Positions 57,449 to 64,000 of a stretch of DNA of 64,000 nucleotides are shown here, in pieces. Position numbers and translations under genes: made by a program. Origin of the DNA: TPA_inf: Saccharomyces (Eukaryota). The notes beneath the pieces were generated by a model. The model was not told the DNA's origin and did no database searches. It saw only the letters and a list, made by a program, of their open reading frames with translations. Location: positions 32,001 through 96,000 of the forward strand of contig BK006948.2 of NCBI GenBank assembly GCA_000146045.2, given 5' to 3'. The first letter of the stretch is position 1; every line of letters begins with the position of its first letter.

Positions 57449-57691
57449 AAAAAAAGAAAAGTGTAGAAAACTAGAGAAAAGTTTTCTTGTATAATTCAAC
57501 AACCCTTCTATTAAATAAGCATAAGCAATTTATAATATATATATACATGTACGTGTATTAGTTTCGAATAGTTATTATTTTTTTTTCACTATGCTAGAAT
57601 GTATAATCACAAGCTCTACTTGAAGTACAGCTGTCATAAAGCTTACAAATAATCTTAATGTTATTGTGCGCAAGAATGTAAGAGGCAGACA

Positions 57692-59419
57692 TTAACTGAT
57701 ATCACCATGAGACATGCCTAATTGAACAATGGCATAAACGTTCAGTAAAGATAAGAAAAGCCACACAATTATAGCAATAACAGTGATAATCCAATTGTTT
57801 GCCATATAAACGATTTTGACATCTTTTCCATTTTCTATCTCCATGCCACTAGAACCATCTTGCTCGATTACGCTACCTGCAGATCTATCGTTGTTATTTT
57901 GATGGTTATGGCTATCTTCTTCAGTATGGTCGACGGTAATTTCGGTTTTCATGATTGATTTTTTACATGTGAAGAAAATTAAAGGTGCTACCAAAAATGG
58001 CAGAACTATGGATAAAACAACTTGGGAAGCATTTAAGGCCTTTGATAAAGCTTCTCTACCGATACAGATAGAGATGACCAAACAAGGGATTATCGAAATA
58101 CATCTAGTGGCCAATCTTCTTTGCCATGGCTGCAACTTCCAATTAATATGACCCTCACTTACAATTTGACCCGACATAGTACACACTACACCTGCGGATT
58201 GACCACTTAATAAAAGTGCGAGCATGAAAATCGTACCTGCTGCGGGTGCCAGATTTCTTGATAATAATTCATGAATAGTAAACAAATCTGCCCCATCTGC
58301 TTCTGGTGAGTTATATAGAGTGGAGCCCGCAACAACTAGGATGGCACAATTGACGAAAAGCGCTAGGGTGAAGAGAGTTATGCTTAATTCGACCATAGAA
58401 TATTTCATGCAATATTTGATAGCAGCGTTCGTGGGTCTATAATTAAAATATTTTTCTTCCATAATCTCTTCAGTGGATTTAGATTTTTTCACTTTATCTT
58501 GTTCTTCAGAAACAGTATAATTACCGTGTTTAACGTCATAATCTAAAAGCCTTGGCTGCACTAAAGCGGAACCCAAAAACAACGAATGTGGCATAACAGT
58601 AGCACCTAAGATGGAAATAGCGGTATAAATACCATTGTGGTCAAACATTTGGGCAGATGGCACAAATCCTCTGAACACTTGTTTAACGGACGTACTCTTC
58701 GGGATATAAGCCAATTCTATTGCGAAACAAATGCACACGCCAACAACTAATACTGCAACAAAACATTCAAATATTCTAATGAACCTAATTGATGACGCAC
58801 CAGGTTTATATGTAAACATAATCAAAAACACATCCACAACAGTAATGGCCACGCCCGCTGGAAGGGGCACTTTGATCAGGATATTCAAGGCAATCGCTGT
58901 ACCAATCACTTCAGCTATATCGGTGGCTATAACGGCACATTCTGCAAAAAAATACAATGTCCAGTTGAGCCACCGTGGTAAATACTCTCTGCAAGCTCGA
59001 CTTAGATCTAGTCCCGTAACGGAACCCAACTTGATACACAGACATTGCAAAAATATGGCAATAAAGTTTGATAACAAAATGATACAAAGTAGGGAAAATT
59101 GATTAGAGGCACCTGCATCGACGGCAGTAGAGTAATTACCGGGATCGATGTAAGCCACACTAACCATCAATCCAGGTCCAATGAACTTCAAGTATTTAGC
59201 AAAAATATCTCTCATTACCTGCCTTTTAGAAACATACGTATCCTCTCTTTCATGGTTACTAGAGCTACTGGTAAAAGTTCTTACCGGGGCTTCACCCTCA
59301 ATTACCACTGTAGAATCTTTCTTATCCCTCAGTTCGAATACTTCTTCTGAAATATTTCTTTTGCGGGCTTCGCTAGCATCCACAGCAACTGCAGCATGAG
59401 AAGGACCAACGTTCACCAT
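57692..59419 (-). CDS. SMF1: Nramp-family divalent metal (Mn2+) transporter (YOL122C), 575 aa
   Basis: Complete ORF. Nramp consensus (DPGN, MPH) and ~11 TM segments. Confidence 0.92.
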   Translation of the reverse strand: MVNVGPSHAAVAVDASEARKRNISEEVFELRDKKDSTVVIEGEAPVRTFTSSSSNHEREDTYVSKRQVMRDIFAKYLKFIGPGLMVSVAYIDPGNYSTAVDAGASNQFSLLCIILLSNFIAIFLQCLCIKLGSVTGLDLSRACREYLPRWLNWTLYFFAECAVIATDIAEVIGTAIALNILIKVPLPAGVAITVVDVFLIMFTYKPGASSIRFIRIFECFVAVLVVGVCICFAIELAYIPKSTSVKQVFRGFVPSAQMFDHNGIYTAISILGATVMPHSLFLGSALVQPRLLDYDVKHGNYTVSEEQDKVKKSKSTEEIMEEKYFNYRPTNAAIKYCMKYSMVELSITLFTLALFVNCAILVVAGSTLYNSPEADGADLFTIHELLSRNLAPAAGTIFMLALLLSGQSAGVVCTMSGQIVSEGHINWKLQPWQRRLATRCISIIPCLVISICIGREALSKALNASQVVLSIVLPFLVAPLIFFTCKKSIMKTEITVDHTEEDSHNHQNNNDRSAGSVIEQDGSSGMEIENGKDVKIVYMANNWIITVIAIIVWLFLSLLNVYAIVQLGMSHGDIS

Positions 59420-60025
59420 TTTGACCTAATTGAGAAAGTTAGTTTTTCTGCTGATATATATCTTTCTACCTATTCATGAAATATTAATATGCTCGCACAA
59501 TGATGAGCAGCCAAATATTATTCTATGTATATTTATATTGCAGCATCAAATCACCCCGGCGGAGTTAACAAATCCTAAATTAGAAAAAACTGTTGCATTT
59601 AGGGACGCTAGGGTCCACGTAGTACGTCGAAATATTTTCGGCACAGGAATGCGAACAGGATTGATTCCGATGATTTAACATCTAAGCAAGCTGGTTTCTG
59701 GCGCGCATTACTACTACAGAAGTACTCTGTACTATTCTAAGTTTACGGCTGTCGTTTAAACAACGCTCCTTCCAAGCTACTGGCGTTGCGGTTACTATAT
59801 GCAGTAAAAAAAATTACTGGCTAGCCAAATAAAGAAGAAAATCGGCCAACAAAATTGAAGAAGAAAGTAGAACTGAGAAGAGCGCGTTAACAAGGCTCTT
59901 CAAACCATGTGACACCAAACTTCGCAATAGGATTCCCCTCCTCGTTGTAGCTTTTAAACTTTATTATTACTTGTATGATGATAATTGTAGTAGTAGTATA
60001 TATATATAAATTATAGATTTTATAT

Positions 60026-60850
60026 TTATTCGTCTTCTTCCAAAGTTTGAGCGGCAATACGATCCAAATCTCTTTGACCGTTTTCAGAGATTCTTCTACC
60101 ACCCTTTGGAGAGATTTCGACGATACCAATCTTTTCCAAAGCTTGCAAAACCTTTCTGTTGATAGAACCGGAAGCGTCAATGTGCTTGTATGGTCTAACA
60201 CCTCTGCTCTTGGCACCACCGTATAATTTGTTCAATTTACCAACACCAACTTGTTTTCTCATGTAAATGTGTCTGGCAACAGAGGCAGCACGCTTGTAGA
60301 ACCAACCTTCGGCATCTTGTGGTGGCATTTCGTTACCAGAAGAGGTCTTGACAATGTCAACGTAACCTGGAACTTCTAGCTTACCTTGTCTTTGCAAGAA
60401 AGAAGCGTAAGCATTAATGAAATCTTGAGCAGCAACGTCTCTGTAGAAAACAAAATCAAAACAAAAAAGTTATTGTTAGTAAATGATACAGTTTAAAAAA
60501 AATACTTTCATTAACCATTACGTTTCATGAGAACTTATCGGAAGGAATTGAAATCCTAGTAATAACAAAGAGCAAATAGCACCACTACCCTTAATCTCCC
60601 TCTTCTTCCATATATTTACACATTGCACTCATTCGCGAAATTTGATCAATATTTTGTTTCAATTATTATGGGACAGTTGATATATCATTGATTTAACCAT
60701 GGGTGCTATTTAACTTGACGAAGAAGTACTTTGCTTGCGTGTCTATGCTGCTGGAATGACTGCGTTTTATTTCCATCTAACCACTCGAAACATATAGTAA
60801 TAATCATTATGATATGTCATTTTTACGTACCTAACGGAAACACCTGGCAT
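60026..60850 (-). CDS. RPS19A: 40S ribosomal protein S19 (eS19), spliced: exon1 60850-60831 (ATGCCAGGTGTTTCCGTTAG), exon2 60440-60026, 144 aa (YOL121C)
   Basis: On the minus strand, 5'SS GTACGT at 60830 and branch TACTAAC (RC of 60473-60479). 3'SS ctacAG ends at 60441. Spliced N-terminus MPGVSVRDVAAQDFINAYASFLQRQGKLEV continues into the 123-aa ORF. CDS 435 nt. Confidence 0.88.
60441..60830 (-). other. RPS19A intron (390 nt) with a GUACGU 5' splice site
   Basis: Splice signals seen directly. Frame and known N-terminus restored by the splice. Confidence 0.85.
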
Positions 60851-61085
60851 TTTTACTCTATTTGTCGATCGTATCACTTCGCTTTCAAGCTAAAATATTA
60901 ATAAACGCACCGGGGTATTAGATATACAACCCATAGTTTTCTTCATTTCACCTATATCTTTCCGGTATCTCAATAGGGCTTTTGCAAACAAGGCCGAACC
61001 TCACATTGAAAAATTTCACGGCGTTCTGCAATCCCGATCATAAGAAATGTAAAAAAATAAAAGGCCGCCAGAACGGTTTTATATA

Positions 61086-61126
61086 AATGTACGGGTTGAA
61101 CGAACGTCACATGTGTACGGATGTAG
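61086..61126 (-). promoter_or_regulatory. Two Rap1-like sites (RC: CAACCCGTACAT at 61086-61097, ACATCCGTACACA at 61112-61126), 235-275 bp upstream of RPS19A
   Basis: Tandem, same orientation, and at the spacing and distance typical of RP promoters. Confidence 0.45.
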
Positions 61127-61394
61127 TTGTGTCACGGTATCATGGTTAGAGACACAGTATATGAAGATTGAAAACGGAAGAATTTATTATGAAAGTTTTC
61201 AACTATGGTCTAGCCTATTGATGGTGTAGCAAATATTCTAGTGTTAACTTTGACTCACTTTATGAACTAAATGCGTTATTGATCGCCAGTAAAAATTATG
61301 TAGTTTGAAAGAAACGATTGAAAGTGTATGTAGTTTATGAATTACAAATGAGTAACAATAAAAAAGTAAATATGAAATTTTCATTTCAGTTAAC

Positions 61395-62492
<1,098 letters not shown>

Positions 62493-62815
62493 TCATACAA
62501 TATTCCTTGAGGAACCAGAATCTCACGGCAGCACCAAGTCAGAGAGAGTGCGTGTGTTGGAGCGAAATTTCCACTGTAATCTCCAGCAAGAAAAAAATTT
62601 CATTCTGAATTAGAAAAAAAAAAAAATAGAATTAACACCCATGCATTATTGTCTTCGGTAAAAAAATTCATATCCGTACACCACATAAGATATGTAGAAA
62701 ACAGTCTTCGAAATTATGAATTCTTGGCATGACGCTAAATATGTATATATGTATATATGCTTTAGAGTTTTTAAAGCTAGATCGACTATATAGCCACATA
62801 GGTATCAACGAAATA

Positions 62816-62829
62816 CCCCCCCCCCCCCC
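62816..62829. repeat. Poly(C)14 homopolymer (G14 on the RPL18A sense strand) in the RPL18A promoter / MCH4 3' region
   Basis: Seen directly: aaataCCCCCCCCCCCCCCtattgg. Confidence 0.95.
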
Positions 62830-62855
62830 TATTGGAACGCTTCTGAACGCTGACC

Positions 62856-64000
62856 TTAAAACTTACAAAGCTTCGCACCAACGCAAATATGCCTTGATAT
62901 TATATAACATGCCGCACCTGCCGCCATTAACGCTGAATTGAATATTATAAAATGGTTATAATTTGCAACTGTACCTTTACCGATTAAGGTACCGCCGATA
63001 GGTAAAACCGGAATCGTTACCAACGCTTGCAATAGATATACCGTTGCATAACGTTTACCAAAATCAGTAGTTTTAGATATCTGCCCGATGCAAACGGGTG
63101 TCAGTGATAGGATAGAACCCGTCGAAAACCCCCACAAACAAACGTACGCCCAAAGTACCTTTGTATTACCGCCAAATGGCAGCCACATGACAAAATTAAA
63201 TAAGGCAGCCATTGAAATGGTGATAATTTCTACATTGAATCTCCCGATGAACTTATCCGCAAAATAGCCTGGTATATACCTTCCAAGTATACCAACAGCA
63301 TTCGAAGCAGTGATCATGGTATAAGCAACATTTTCTGTGTTTCCTCTTGTCATAGAATAAGATGCTAAATATGTAGCGCATGAAGTTAGGGAACTTTCTG
63401 CAAAAGAAGCGCCTATTGCGACGAACAAGAATTTTCCTTCCAAAAAATATCTCCAATTGAACACAGAGGAAATGTACCACTTTGCTACTTCCGCCTTGGA
63501 TTTGAATGGTTGAACGACCGGTTTAGTTCTTTCTCTAGCCAAAACTGAAGCACAAATGAGGCATGTTAAACAAATGAATGATAGGATTCTAATGGCCCAT
63601 TGAAAGCCCACTTCTTTATATAACTTTCTCAGCATAATAGGGAAAACTATACCCCCTATTGAACCCCCCATGGTACTTATAGATGTTGCTATACCCCTTC
63701 TTTTTAAAAACCAGGTTGCAACAGTTCCTATCAGAGGAGTCATTAAAATTCCCGTCCCAAGTCCAGAGCACACAGAAAATGCCAAAATGAACTGCCATAC
63801 GGACTTACAATTTGCCAATGCGAATAGTCCTCCAGCATATATGACTGTACCTGTGCACATCAAACCAATACTACCATTTCTATCAAAATAGCCACCGGAT
63901 AATATACAGCTTAAAAAGCTGATAGCTAAGTATAGGGAAAAAATCCAAGATATTGTTGAAGAAGATATATTTGCCAATTGATGTTTAGAGATATATGATT
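62856..64000 (-). CDS. MCH4: Monocarboxylate-transporter-homologue MFS permease (YOL119C), C-terminal ~380 codons only. The gene continues past the window end.
   Basis: Minus-strand ORF with multiple TM helices running off the window at 64000. Matches my recollection of Mch4. The internal Met at 63977 is not the true start. Confidence 0.75.

Noticed and set aside
57246-57502. ORFs rich in V/I/T/A overlapping the HRP1 3' end on both strands
   Set aside because: Generated by the repetitive GAT/CGT/GGT codons of the HRP1 RD/RGG tail read in other frames. Not independent genes.

Overview
This window is ordinary, well-annotated Saccharomyces cerevisiae nuclear DNA and contains no novel system. 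Gene order and protein sequences match the left arm of chromosome XV, running from YOL154W (ZPS1) to YOL119C (MCH4), probably chrXV ~32.0-96.0 kb of S288C. The identification rests on recognising the translated ORFs, not on any database search. About 35 protein-coding genes are present. Notable ones are the environmental-response genes ZPS1, FRE7, GRE2 and SMF1; the YOL153C pseudogene with two in-frame TAA stops; a tRNA-modification trio (PPM2, TRM13, TRM11); and three intron-containing ribosomal-protein genes (RPL25, RPS19A, RPL18A) whose exons I reconstructed by hand. I found no tRNA, rRNA, Ty/LTR element or CRISPR array. What is worth a second look is small-scale. There is a palindromic double ZRE upstream of ZPS1, a 10-bp x4 tandem repeat abutting the RIB4 ATG, and a C14 homopolymer upstream of RPL18A. 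Several promoters carry textbook regulatory motifs: PAC/RRPE (NOP8), CRE (GRE2), a Mac1 CuRE (FRE7), a CSRE (MDH2) and Rap1 sites (RP genes). There are also two unusually long ORF-free intervals.
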